From positions 1-64,000 of IMG/VR virus record IMGVR_UViG_3300031521_000043: a stretch of 64,000 nucleotides of DNA; one strand, given 5' to 3'. This DNA is from a virus. A program made the translations under genes and the position numbers. This document shows, in pieces, positions 1 through 8,969 of this stretch; position 1 is the first letter of the stretch, and each line of letters starts with the position of its first letter. The notes below the pieces were generated by a model. It did not search any database, had not been told where the DNA came from, and saw nothing but the letters and a program-made list of their open reading frames with translations.

Positions 1-947
1 TCTTTCCAGTTAGGACGTTTGACATAAACCTTATGTTCATTTAAGATTTCCAATCCCATTTTCATTAAACGAACTAGGTGTGATGCGTGTTTCGTATCAT
101 AACCTGACTTTACTTCAAGTTCATGTCTGGCAGGATTACGATTCTTTTTCCAATTTAACCAAGATTGATATGTTTCCAGTTCTTTCTTATACAATCTTTC
201 TCTATGCAGAATGTCAACAACTTCTTCTTTCCAATTGTATTCTTTGGCCAAACGTTCGATTACACCTGCTTCATAAACTTTTGGCCAATTACCTTCGTTA
301 ACGTTTACCTTGGAAACATTGAAAATGAGTTCCCACATTGTCGATTTTAGTTCATCACGTTCTTCTTCGTTTAATGGAAACTGTGAAAGATTCCAACGTT
401 CGACTTCGGACTTTATTAAACCGAAAATTTCTGTCATTTGTGACGCACGTTCCTCCGGCAAACCAAAATTGGTTCTATCAGGTTTTTCAATATCACCACG
501 AATAATCCATTTACGATGACGTTCAATTTTTGCTGCTTGAGCAAAGGCATATCCTGAAAATGTAAATTTAGCTTTTGAAGACAAAAACATTTCTTTATTT
601 GCCAGAAGTTCGTCCATCGGAGATTTTTCAATAAAGTGGTCGGTAGGGTCAGTCCATAAAACTTCGATGATGTTAGGGTTGACATTAGCTGCCAAGACCA
701 TAAACTTTTTCAAAGAAAAGACGGTAGATTCAAACTTTGGATTCTTTGGATTCTTCAAATGCGACAATGAAGTTTCAAGGTCAATGTTGTTTTCTGCTTG
801 TTCAAACTTGTGAAAAAGGTTGTTTTCTACCTCTTTTGGAGGGATGACAATGCCTTTAACGTCCACGTCAGATAGTTCGTTATTCAAACCATAAGCCTGT
901 GAACCGTGTAGAGTTACATAGATTGTATTTGGTAAAAGCCAATTCAT
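1..947 (-). CDS. Predicted nucleotidyltransferase (RlaP/Nuc-transf-like), 3' end truncated by the window edge
   Basis: Not in the ORF track because it runs off the edge. Manual translation gives MNWLLPNTIYVTLHGSQAYGLNNELSDVDVKG (GSxAYG...DxD Pol-beta motif), NPNIIEVLW and GYDTKHASHLVRL. Confidence 0.85.
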   Translation of the reverse strand, partial: MNWLLPNTIYVTLHGSQAYGLNNELSDVDVKGIVIPPKEVENNLFHKFEQAENNIDLETSLSHLKNPKNPKFESTVFSLKKFMVLAANVNPNIIEVLWTDPTDHFIEKSPMDELLANKEMFLSSKAKFTFSGYAFAQAAKIERHRKWIIRGDIEKPDRTNFGLPEERASQMTEIFGLIKSEVERWNLSQFPLNEEERDELKSTMWELIFNVSKVNVNEGNWPKVYEAGVIERLAKEYNWKEEVVDILHRERLYKKELETYQSWLNWKKNRNPARHELEVKSGYDTKHASHLVRLMKMGLEILNEHKVYVKRPNWK

Positions 948-956
948 AATAAACAA

Positions 957-984
957 AGTATATCAGTCATTTTATAAATGTCAA
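957..984 (-). promoter_or_regulatory. Sigma70-type early promoter
   Basis: TTGACA-16 nt-TATACT with an extended -10 TG, just upstream of the ATG at 947. Confidence 0.7.
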
Positions 985-1253
985 GCGTAACGTGTCGAAA
1001 TCCATCGGCGTAATTGTTCGTCGGATAGATGACTATTATTTTTAATAAATTGAATCATATCACATACGAACGATTGCCTTATAAGATTTTGACAGTCGGC
1101 AAGATGAATATCGAATTTATCACCACAATGACGTTCGTTATATTTCTGTGATTCAATGCCAAATCGTATTACACGTTCTTGAAAATATGATGACTCCCAC
1201 CGTGGAATATATTTTTCAAGATTATATTTTTTTATGATTTCTAAATCGGTCAT
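981..1253 (-). CDS. Hypothetical protein
   Basis: 90 aa ORF tightly packed in the minus-strand operon. Confidence 0.6.
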   Translation of the reverse strand: MTDLEIIKKYNLEKYIPRWESSYFQERVIRFGIESQKYNERHCGDKFDIHLADCQNLIRQSFVCDMIQFIKNNSHLSDEQLRRWISTRYA

Positions 1254-1254
1254 A

Positions 1255-1710
1255 TTAATCTTTGAAACATTTCCAAACCACTTGACTGACGGGGTTTATC
1301 CAATAGAAGTCAATTTTCTTTTCAATCAATTGCTGGAAAACGTTGTGTGTTCCACCTTTATTTCCGTCAAATACAACAATGGCAACATCACAATTTTCAA
1401 CCATCCAAGAATTTTTAACTTTCTTAATTTCTTTGGCATATCCAAGAAATTCGTCTCTAAGAAGAGCATCATTTGGTGTCATTGTATTTTCTTGACCATC
1501 AAACGGAACACATGCTATATATGGTAATTTATGATAAAAACAGGCATTACAAAATATTATATCTACCCCGCTTGCCATTCCTGAATATGCTAAAGATATT
1601 CCATGAGTTTTAATACATTCAAGAACTGTTTGTTCAACGGTTCGTTCAATCCAATTGTAATTATACTCTTCTAATTTATGTCTTCTATGACCTGTGATTA
1701 TAAGTCTCAT
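1255..1710 (-). CDS. SLOG-superfamily protein (YspA/DUF1273-like)
   Basis: ITGHR, SGMASGVD, CVPF and VFDGNKGGT motifs. Confidence 0.8.
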   Translation of the reverse strand: MRLIITGHRRHKLEEYNYNWIERTVEQTVLECIKTHGISLAYSGMASGVDIIFCNACFYHKLPYIACVPFDGQENTMTPNDALLRDEFLGYAKEIKKVKNSWMVENCDVAIVVFDGNKGGTHNVFQQLIEKKIDFYWINPVSQVVWKCFKD

Positions 1711-2225
1711 TTAATTTGTTCAAATGATTTTTGACAGAGCATATCAACATATTTTATAATTTCTTTGTAAATATCATCTTCTTTTGTGAAACCAAATCTT
1801 TTGGTTGCCGCTTCATCAATCCATTCTCTTAATGATGTTCCGAATTCCTCTGACCGAGCCTTCCAGTCTGCGACCATTTCCGCAACAAAAACACTTGGCA
1901 TATTCTTTATGCCCTGCCAATGTTCCGGATGATGTTCGTTGGTTTGATTATGATGGATTATTGCCATCTTTAATTTCAACTTCGTTTCTTCTTCCTTGGT
2001 CGGCAAGATTGATAGAAAATCCCACTCTATTCCGAAAAATTTCGAAGAATCGTGAACAAACCCATTGGCAATAAGATGATGTCCTAATTCTACTTCGCCA
2101 TTTAGAATTAATTTTTCACCAAGTAATAGGCAATTATCTTCAACATTTCGTATATGTCTTGTCAATGCCCTAACTTTAGCCATCGTATGTTCTGCTTCTT
2201 TACGAAGTCTGTCTATTTTTTTCAT
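1707..2225 (-). CDS. HD-like phosphohydrolase (DUF5662-like)
   Basis: HDSSKF, HHNQTNEHHPEHW and EMVADW motifs. Confidence 0.75.
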   Translation of the reverse strand: MKKIDRLRKEAEHTMAKVRALTRHIRNVEDNCLLLGEKLILNGEVELGHHLIANGFVHDSSKFFGIEWDFLSILPTKEEETKLKLKMAIIHHNQTNEHHPEHWQGIKNMPSVFVAEMVADWKARSEEFGTSLREWIDEAATKRFGFTKEDDIYKEIIKYVDMLCQKSFEQIK

Positions 2226-2278
2226 GATATCGTCACGATTTTTGTCACTTTAAATAATTTCAACTCTATTTATATCAT

Positions 2279-3223
2279 ATGAACAGTGAAATGTCAACAA
2301 CGAAAGGTGTTATATGGGAAGAAAGAAACTTAATAGAACCGAAGAGGAAATTAGAGAACAGTGGAGAATCCGACGTATGCGGTATTACAACAAGCATAAA
2401 CGAATCGAAAGAAAACGTTCCCTTAATAGATACTATAAAAACAAAGAAGAAAATATCGGGAATCTACAAGATAATAAACAAAATTAATGGAAAATATTAT
2501 ATTGGGTCATCCGATAACATTTATAAAAGGCAAATGACTCACAAAAACTTTTTAAATAAAAATAAACACATAAATGTTATATTGCAAAATTCTTGGAATT
2601 GTCACGGTGAAAATAATTTTAATTTTATAATAATTGAAACGGTTTTAAAAGAAAATCTTTTATTTGTTGAACAAAAACATCTTGACATTGCCAAGACAGA
2701 ACGAGATAAGTGTTATAACATTTGTTTTGATGCGGCGTCTCCAATGAAAGGAAGAAGACATAATGAAAAAACAAAAGAACAAATGTCAATAAAAAGAAAA
2801 TTACAAATAAGACCTCCATGTTCACAAGAGACAAAAGAAAAAATAAGAGCATCTAACACTCGACCATATGAAGAAATATATGGAATTGAAAAATCTAAAG
2901 AAAAGAGGAAATTTCAATCTATTTTATGGAAAGGTAGTAATAATCCAATGTATAATAAACATCATACATTAGAAACCAGATTGAAAATGTCAAATTGTAA
3001 AGTTGGCAAAAAACATTCTGATACAACAAAAGAAAAAATTGGGAAGTATTCAATAGATAAAACTATATTTTCATTAAAAAATACTAAAACTCATGAAATG
3101 TTCATAGGAACAAAACATGAGTTTATAGTAAAATACAATAATGGTAAACGAAATTATAGTATATATTGTATCTTTAATAAGAATAAACCATATAAGGGAT
3201 GGATATTAAATACGTCAATGTAG
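2279..3223 (+). CDS. GIY-YIG homing endonuclease with NUMOD3 repeats
   Basis: SGIYKIINKINGKYYIGSS plus HxxETKxKMS repeats; opposite strand to its neighbours; true start uncertain. Confidence 0.9.
   Translation: MNSEMSTTKGVIWEERNLIEPKRKLENSGESDVCGITTSINESKENVPLIDTIKTKKKISGIYKIINKINGKYYIGSSDNIYKRQMTHKNFLNKNKHINVILQNSWNCHGENNFNFIIIETVLKENLLFVEQKHLDIAKTERDKCYNICFDAASPMKGRRHNEKTKEQMSIKRKLQIRPPCSQETKEKIRASNTRPYEEIYGIEKSKEKRKFQSILWKGSNNPMYNKHHTLETRLKMSNCKVGKKHSDTTKEKIGKYSIDKTIFSLKNTKTHEMFIGTKHEFIVKYNNGKRNYSIYCIFNKNKPYKGWILNTSM
2314..2487 (+). CDS. Small basic MGRK protein overlapping the endonuclease 5' end out of frame
   Basis: Manual translation MGRKKLNRTEEEIREQWRIRRMRYYNKHKR... (57 aa); paralog at 17803-17958. 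Confidence 0.65.
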   Translation: MGRKKLNRTEEEIREQWRIRRMRYYNKHKRIERKRSLNRYYKNKEENIGNLQDNKQN

Positions 3224-3697
3224 TTTTCCATCGCTGATGACACACCGGGTTAAATCCTTCGTTTTTATTTTCAACTTCTTTGGAGTCAACCATTTAGATT
3301 TCAACGACTCAAACGCTTCTGTCAAATTGGTCATCGAATGTTTCTTTCTCTTGGCGCCTGCGTTTTGGTCTTTAACGGCATCAGAAATTCTTGAAACAAT
3401 CAATCCCGCGTCGGCGTTTTCTTCTTGTTGAACCACCCAGCCAGCAATCTCCTTATCTTTCAAGTAGCCTTCCTTGTCGTTCAGAACGATGACATATTCA
3501 TATTTTACCTTTGGCAAATCTTCTGAACCATCGGTCAAATCATCATTCGTTGGTTGGTCATCGATTTCTTCAACTTCAGGTTGAATTTCTTCCTCCGCAA
3601 TTTCAGATTTTAATTGTGTAATTACGGCTGCAATGATTGCTTCATCTACGCCATTTTCACTCATTGCTGTTTCAATTTTTTCAAGTTCGATTTTCAT
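3215..3697 (-). CDS. Acidic hypothetical protein
   Basis: 160 aa ORF downstream of a sigma70-type promoter. Confidence 0.7.
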   Translation of the reverse strand: MKIELEKIETAMSENGVDEAIIAAVITQLKSEIAEEEIQPEVEEIDDQPTNDDLTDGSEDLPKVKYEYVIVLNDKEGYLKDKEIAGWVVQQEENADAGLIVSRISDAVKDQNAGAKRKKHSMTNLTEAFESLKSKWLTPKKLKIKTKDLTRCVISDGKLH

Positions 3698-3722
3698 GTT
3701 TTTTATATTTTGTTACATCACA

Positions 3723-3751
3723 ACTATACTATACTATCCGTTTAATGTCAA
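3723..3751 (-). promoter_or_regulatory. Sigma70-type promoter
   Basis: TTGACA-17 nt-TATAGT. Confidence 0.7.
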
Positions 3752-4731
3752 TGAAAAGGTAAAATACGTCCCCATTTTACCATTCTGAATGCCGATAAAT
3801 CATTGCCGCCGGCGTAAGATATGGAAGATTGGATTGATTCTTTTATTTCTATTAATCGTTGTTCATATGTGGTTCCTTCCACAAGTTCGATTTGTTTTCC
3901 TTCGATATGCTTTCTATGACCTTTTGATTCGTAAGAAGTTGACCCTCTATATACTTTTTTACCATCTATAATTTTTGCAGGAGAGTCAATACAAGAAGCA
4001 AACCAACCTCCACTCATGACCATAGTGGCGCCAAATGTAAGGGCCTTGGCAACGTCACCATAGTGTTTTGCCCCGCCATCCGCTATGATAGGAATAGCAT
4101 AACCAATTGATTCCATCGCATATTTTATAGACTGAAGAGTAGGTATATGAAATCCTGTCATATAACGTGTAGTACATATTGACCCTCCACCAATTCCTAC
4201 TTTTATAACATCTACTTTTAGTTTGGCCAAATATTCAACTCCTTCACAGGTTGCTACATTTCCAACAATAAGTCTTGTGTTTGGAAAGTTTTGTTTAATG
4301 TAGTTGATTGTAGATTTAACGTTTTCGTGATGCGCGTGCGCAATATCAATAGTGATAAAGTTAACTCTCATTCGTAATGCTTTAATTGTCATCAACTCTT
4401 TCATTGATGTTTCACTTACACCAGTCGATATGCTAATCAGCTTCCATTTTTCACTATTTGCTTTTTTAACGAAATATACGGTGTTTAAATCTGAATCAAC
4501 ATCTTCGTATGAAGATTGTCCAAATCTGTGATAGATATAAAAATAATCATTCTCTGAGAAAAACTTTGCCATAACAGGATTTATAACATCCTTCATATTA
4601 GCAGGAACCACTGGTATTTTAAATTTATATCCGCACAAAGTAACGGTGGTGTCAGCCTGACTTCTACTTGATAGAGAAGAATAATTTGGAAGTAGTGTTA
4701 CTGTATCGTAGGATAATAAAAAATCGTTCAT
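3748..4731 (-). CDS. guaC: GMP reductase (IMPDH/GMPR family)
   Basis: IDIAHAH, GNVAT, KVGIGGGSICTTR (catalytic Cys), IIADGG and SSISYAG motifs; no CBS domains. Confidence 0.85.
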   Translation of the reverse strand: MNDFLLSYDTVTLLPNYSSLSSRSQADTTVTLCGYKFKIPVVPANMKDVINPVMAKFFSENDYFYIYHRFGQSSYEDVDSDLNTVYFVKKANSEKWKLISISTGVSETSMKELMTIKALRMRVNFITIDIAHAHHENVKSTINYIKQNFPNTRLIVGNVATCEGVEYLAKLKVDVIKVGIGGGSICTTRYMTGFHIPTLQSIKYAMESIGYAIPIIADGGAKHYGDVAKALTFGATMVMSGGWFASCIDSPAKIIDGKKVYRGSTSYESKGHRKHIEGKQIELVEGTTYEQRLIEIKESIQSSISYAGGNDLSAFRMVKWGRILPFH

Positions 4732-4778
4732 AAGAGTGAATATTATCACGCATATGAACGATTTTCAAGATTTTATAT

Positions 4779-5102
4779 TTACTTTGGAGGCAAATATTTA
4801 GTAACAAATGGCTTTAATTGAGTTGCTAGTTTGTCATTTCTATCGGAGTATTTTGTTGCTAAATCAGCAGCAGTCATGTTCGTTTCGTCAGGTAATACTT
4901 GATTTGGATTTTGAAATTTTCTATGAGATATTACTTGAGTCCACAATTGATTAGCTTTTTCTTTTGTACGTTGTATTTGTGGAATACGAGCCCAAGTTTG
5001 TTTAACAGTATTCACCATCCTCTGACCTTCTGGTGTGTGCATTAAACCTTTAACTACAGGAGTATTAAATCCAATCGTTCCTAACATTAAAGCGGCAACC
5101 AA
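4779..5102 (-). CDS. Hypothetical; probably the frameshifted C-terminal continuation of 5126-5911
   Basis: Weak TTG start; its frame is open back to the A9 run at 5132-5140. Confidence 0.5.
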   Translation of the reverse strand: MVAALMLGTIGFNTPVVKGLMHTPEGQRMVNTVKQTWARIPQIQRTKEKANQLWTQVISHRKFQNPNQVLPDETNMTAADLATKYSDRNDKLATQLKPFVTKYLPPK

Positions 5103-5125
5103 AGATTGAAGTTTCCCCTCAGTTT

Positions 5126-5911
5126 TTAACGTTTTTTTTTACTCTCTTGAATATTAAATAATTTTCTAAAATGGTCATAACTATATACCATATCTCCACG
5201 AAATGCATAAACTCCAATATCAATTTTACCTGATGGATATTTAGCATTAACATATTCAAACTTTTCTAGTCCGTTGCCCGTTTTCATTGTAAATGGTTCT
5301 TCACCTTGTCTTTGAGATACATATTCAACGTAATCAACATCTTTATCAGACGCACTATTCTCTCTCAATGTTCCTTTATCAATTCTATTTTTAATTCCAC
5401 TCCAATCGAAGTTCTGAACTGATAATTTTTTCTTTGGTGTAGGTTTACCAAAAAGTGTTTTTGATTTTTGTTTATTGATAGGTGAAGTCACAGAATCGTC
5501 ATCGGAATCTGCCCACATATCATTCGCAGCATCGGCTTCATCTCCCTCATTCGTTGAGTTATGTTTCTTTTGAATTTCAATAGCTTCTTCCGATTTAGGC
5601 GCAAAGTGAAGAACTAAATCTTCATACATCATCTCTTCCGATGATTGTGGTTCTGGCCCTTTGGCTATAGGGCCTGGATGGAATCTTGATGTACTTAAAA
5701 TCGAATAAAGATTACTAGATTGTCCACCATGAAAAAAATTGGCAAACCAATAAATAGCAACCTCAGCATCGTCTCTAAATCCTTCTTCATTGCCATACAT
5801 CTGATGAAGATAATTAAACATCTCATCCTTTGATGGGTCGCCTATAGTTTCAAGAAGAATTGATTCTTTAACAATTTTCTTTATTATTAATTTTAATTGT
5901 GAACGTTTCAT
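5126..5911 (-). CDS. Putative internal head protein
   Basis: N-terminus MKRSQLKLIIKKIVKE is shared with 8382-8969; adjacent to the prohead protease. Confidence 0.55.
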   Translation of the reverse strand: MKRSQLKLIIKKIVKESILLETIGDPSKDEMFNYLHQMYGNEEGFRDDAEVAIYWFANFFHGGQSSNLYSILSTSRFHPGPIAKGPEPQSSEEMMYEDLVLHFAPKSEEAIEIQKKHNSTNEGDEADAANDMWADSDDDSVTSPINKQKSKTLFGKPTPKKKLSVQNFDWSGIKNRIDKGTLRENSASDKDVDYVEYVSQRQGEEPFTMKTGNGLEKFEYVNAKYPSGKIDIGVYAFRGDMVYSYDHFRKLFNIQESKKKR

Positions 5912-5914
5912 GAT

Positions 5915-6547
5915 TTAACCAATTTCAGTTAGAATATCTCTTACAATGTCTTCGACTCTTTCCCACTTTTGATTGATGGGATTTTTTACTAAATTTTTAT
6001 TTACACCTTCTTGAAGATTTCCTGATGGGAACATGAACGCTCCCCTTGTACTTGGATTTGATACAAAATCAAAAGCAATCAATTCAAAATCGTCTTGAAC
6101 TACATCTGCTTCTTCATTCATACTCTTATTGACAGTTCCAAGACCACGGCTAGAAATACCAAGCCTTATGTTTGATTTAAACAATTCTTTTAAAATGTTT
6201 CCATTAGGAGTTGTCAACACTTCTATAGTTCCAATCAAATCATCACCATCCCAATGCATCTCTACAACGTTATGTGATACGTTTTGAAGATTTACAACGG
6301 ATGATTCTGGATGGTCTAGCTCGCCCAACGCACGTCTTTCTTTAATAAAATTTTCTTCGTATTTTTTGGATTCACGAAATAACGTGTCTTTTGGATATAT
6401 ACGTCCATTTTGATTTTTAATTTTTGCACGTTGTAAAATACCTTTAACAACCAAACGTCTATTTTGGTCACGGACGGCTTCTTCGAATAAGTTATCTTTT
6501 ACGAATTCAAAAGATATACAATTTTCTAACAGTTGTTTTTGATTCAT
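5915..6547 (-). CDS. Prohead protease (T4 gp21-like)
   Basis: KNQNGRIYP, ALGELDHP, GISSRGLG and FDFVSNPS motifs. Confidence 0.95.
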   Translation of the reverse strand: MNQKQLLENCISFEFVKDNLFEEAVRDQNRRLVVKGILQRAKIKNQNGRIYPKDTLFRESKKYEENFIKERRALGELDHPESSVVNLQNVSHNVVEMHWDGDDLIGTIEVLTTPNGNILKELFKSNIRLGISSRGLGTVNKSMNEEADVVQDDFELIAFDFVSNPSTRGAFMFPSGNLQEGVNKNLVKNPINQKWERVEDIVRDILTEIG

Positions 6548-6548
6548 A

Positions 6549-7679
6549 TTAATTGTTCCATCCAATCTCTTTAACATACTCTAAAAGATAATATCTTCCA
6601 GTTTTGTTAATTTCAATAGACCCCTTAGAATATTTACCAAAATATGAATTTTGTCTCATAACATCAACGGCAGCTAACTTAATGTCTCTGGTATCAAATC
6701 GAATCATATGATTTTCAGGAATTAATAGTTTAACTTTCGTTTTTGTTACATTTACACCTTCGGATAACATTTTAACGGAATCTTGTATGTATGTAACAAA
6801 GTTAACATTTCCATTTTGATTTTTTACGTCATCGGACATAAATTCCAAAAGGAACTTACTTAAATCTTTTTGAACCCACTCTGCGACTGGTTGTGGTTGT
6901 ACCTTTTTCTTCTTTTTAGGAGGGACTGGAGCGGTCTGAGGAACCTCAGGTTGTGTTTGATTAGGAACGGCAGGTTTTGATGTCTGAGTTGAAGTGGCCT
7001 GAGCAGGTTCTGTCTCAGGAGGTTGTGGTGTTACTCCCTGTGGTTCTCCTGCCGGTTCTTCTGACTCTTCTCCTGCTGGTGGAGGTGTCCCGTTTGGAGA
7101 TTCTTGTCCGCCTGGCTGGTTATCTGACTTAGCTTGGTCTGCTTTAGGTTGTTCCTCTGTTCCTCCTGCCACAGGCGGCTGTTCGCTTCCTGGGGCTGGT
7201 TGAGAACCTTCACTATCAATTTTAATGTTAATTCCTGGGGTTAAAAAATATTTCTTATCGTTTTCGTCTGAAACTATGACTACATAATCTTTATACCAAA
7301 ATTCGACACTAACCTTTTTTACTGCTTTAATTGTATAATCCGTCTTTGGCTGTCCATATCCACGGGAAGCATTTGCGACGATGGTTTTATCCAAGAGTCG
7401 TTCATTCATCTTATCCAAAAGAACTTTTTTCGCTTCTGATTCCGCTTTGTTCTTTTTATCTTCAAATGCTCTGAAATCTTTTGTAAAATCATATTCCCCT
7501 GGGTCTTCTGGTTCAGGAGAAGTGTTAGGAGTCGTTGGTGGTTGTTGACCATCAGGCTGACCGGCATTCATACCTGCTGGTGGCGCAACTGGAGCAGGTG
7601 CAGGGGCCAATGGGTCGGCCATCGGAGCCGAGGGGGCTTGTTCTGTCAGATTCAATAGATTACGTAATTTTATTCTCAT
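6549..7679 (-). CDS. Pro/Gln/Glu-rich hypothetical head-module protein
   Basis: 376 aa with two low-complexity linkers. Confidence 0.65.
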   Translation of the reverse strand: MRIKLRNLLNLTEQAPSAPMADPLAPAPAPVAPPAGMNAGQPDGQQPPTTPNTSPEPEDPGEYDFTKDFRAFEDKKNKAESEAKKVLLDKMNERLLDKTIVANASRGYGQPKTDYTIKAVKKVSVEFWYKDYVVIVSDENDKKYFLTPGINIKIDSEGSQPAPGSEQPPVAGGTEEQPKADQAKSDNQPGGQESPNGTPPPAGEESEEPAGEPQGVTPQPPETEPAQATSTQTSKPAVPNQTQPEVPQTAPVPPKKKKKVQPQPVAEWVQKDLSKFLLEFMSDDVKNQNGNVNFVTYIQDSVKMLSEGVNVTKTKVKLLIPENHMIRFDTRDIKLAAVDVMRQNSYFGKYSKGSIEINKTGRYYLLEYVKEIGWNN

Positions 7680-7680
7680 A

Positions 7681-8385
7681 TCATTTTACCGTTTCTGAAA
7701 TTATACTGTCGGTAATAACATCATATAATTTATTATTTCTTTTATCATATCTGATAAATGAATTGGGTTTAATCTCATTTATAAGTATATCTTGACGAAT
7801 TTTATCTTTACGTCTTAATTTTCCATCTATTTGATAGTGATGTGGTTCATCATATTCAAATATGACATTCTTCTCTTTATCATACCCATCAACAAAGTAT
7901 CCACAAACTTCTATTTCTCCGCCGTTTAATGCGTGTTGAAAATTATAACCACTTTTCTTTCCAAATTCTTCAATGAATTTACAAGCATTTAAATTAAATG
8001 AACGAATAACCCCTTGTCTTTTAATTCTATCTATTGCCAACAATCTAAGTTTTAATTTAGTTTCGGATGATAATTTTTTTCCTTTAATAGATAGAGAAAT
8101 CTTTTTTCTTACTTTTCTTGAAATTTTTTCTCCTTTATTCCAAGGAACATTTCCATTTAGAAATCGATTCCGGTTTTTATCTCCGGATAAACTTTTTGAT
8201 AATTTTTGTTTAATTTCTTCCGTTGTAATTTTTCCAAAATTTGGATTATTTTCTCCCTTATTAGCACACTTTTTACAAACCCTACCAAATTTTATAGCAC
8301 GCATCAGTCCATCTCTAGTCGCAAATGATTGAAAACTCCCACAATCAGGACAATTTCTATTCCATGATGCATTTTTTATACTCAT
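7681..8385 (-). CDS. Putative homing endonuclease (Zn-ribbon, NUMOD3, Vsr/DUF559-like nuclease)
   Basis: CPDC..CKKC, PWNKG, and C-terminal YFVDGYD..IFEYDEPHH. Confidence 0.8.
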   Translation of the reverse strand: MSIKNASWNRNCPDCGSFQSFATRDGLMRAIKFGRVCKKCANKGENNPNFGKITTEEIKQKLSKSLSGDKNRNRFLNGNVPWNKGEKISRKVRKKISLSIKGKKLSSETKLKLRLLAIDRIKRQGVIRSFNLNACKFIEEFGKKSGYNFQHALNGGEIEVCGYFVDGYDKEKNVIFEYDEPHHYQIDGKLRRKDKIRQDILINEIKPNSFIRYDKRNNKLYDVITDSIISETVK

Positions 8386-8969
8386 TTCTTTTCAGATATA
8401 CTTTTTACTACAGTTCCGTATTTCTTAGCAGAGGCGATTGCCTTTGCACTACCATCTTTTTTCTTAGAAAAGGCATAAGGTGTTTGGTATCCAGCTACTG
8501 CGCCGGTTCCGGTTTCTTCATTAACTGTGGAATTTTCTTTATCTACTTGTTTTTTCATTAAAACAAAAGTAGTATATGCGTCTTTAATATCACTGGTAAA
8601 ATATGATTTATCTTCATTCAATTTACCGTTCTCATACCATAATACAATAAATTCATCAGTTGCTGTGTTTTTAGATAAACGAATATAGTTTTTAAATGAT
8701 TTAAAGTTTTGTGGATATATAACACCTCTTTTATAAGATTCCACTTCATCTAAATTATGTAATTTCTTAACTGCTACGCCACTTTGCATATCATCAACAT
8801 ATTTTCCATCAAATCCTACCTTTTCACCGATATTGACTGCTTTCATTACACTACTTCTACCAGCGTCAAATTCGTGGTCATTTTTAACGCCACCAACAGC
8901 CTGTCCTTCGGAAGATAAAGACTCTTGAATAATTCTCTTAATTAGAGATTTTAGCTGTGATTTTTTCAT
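8382..8969 (-). CDS. Putative internal head protein
   Basis: MKKSQLKSLIKRIIQE leader; C-terminal NEETGTGAVAGYQTPYAF. Confidence 0.55.
   Translation of the reverse strand: MKKSQLKSLIKRIIQESLSSEGQAVGGVKNDHEFDAGRSSVMKAVNIGEKVGFDGKYVDDMQSGVAVKKLHNLDEVESYKRGVIYPQNFKSFKNYIRLSKNTATDEFIVLWYENGKLNEDKSYFTSDIKDAYTTFVLMKKQVDKENSTVNEETGTGAVAGYQTPYAFSKKKDGSAKAIASAKKYGTVVKSISEKK

Noticed and set aside
80-2074. Short ORFs in the track such as 80-301, 310-519, 434-685, 1234-1527 and 1805-2074
   Set aside because: Antisense or off-frame shadows of well-supported minus-strand genes.
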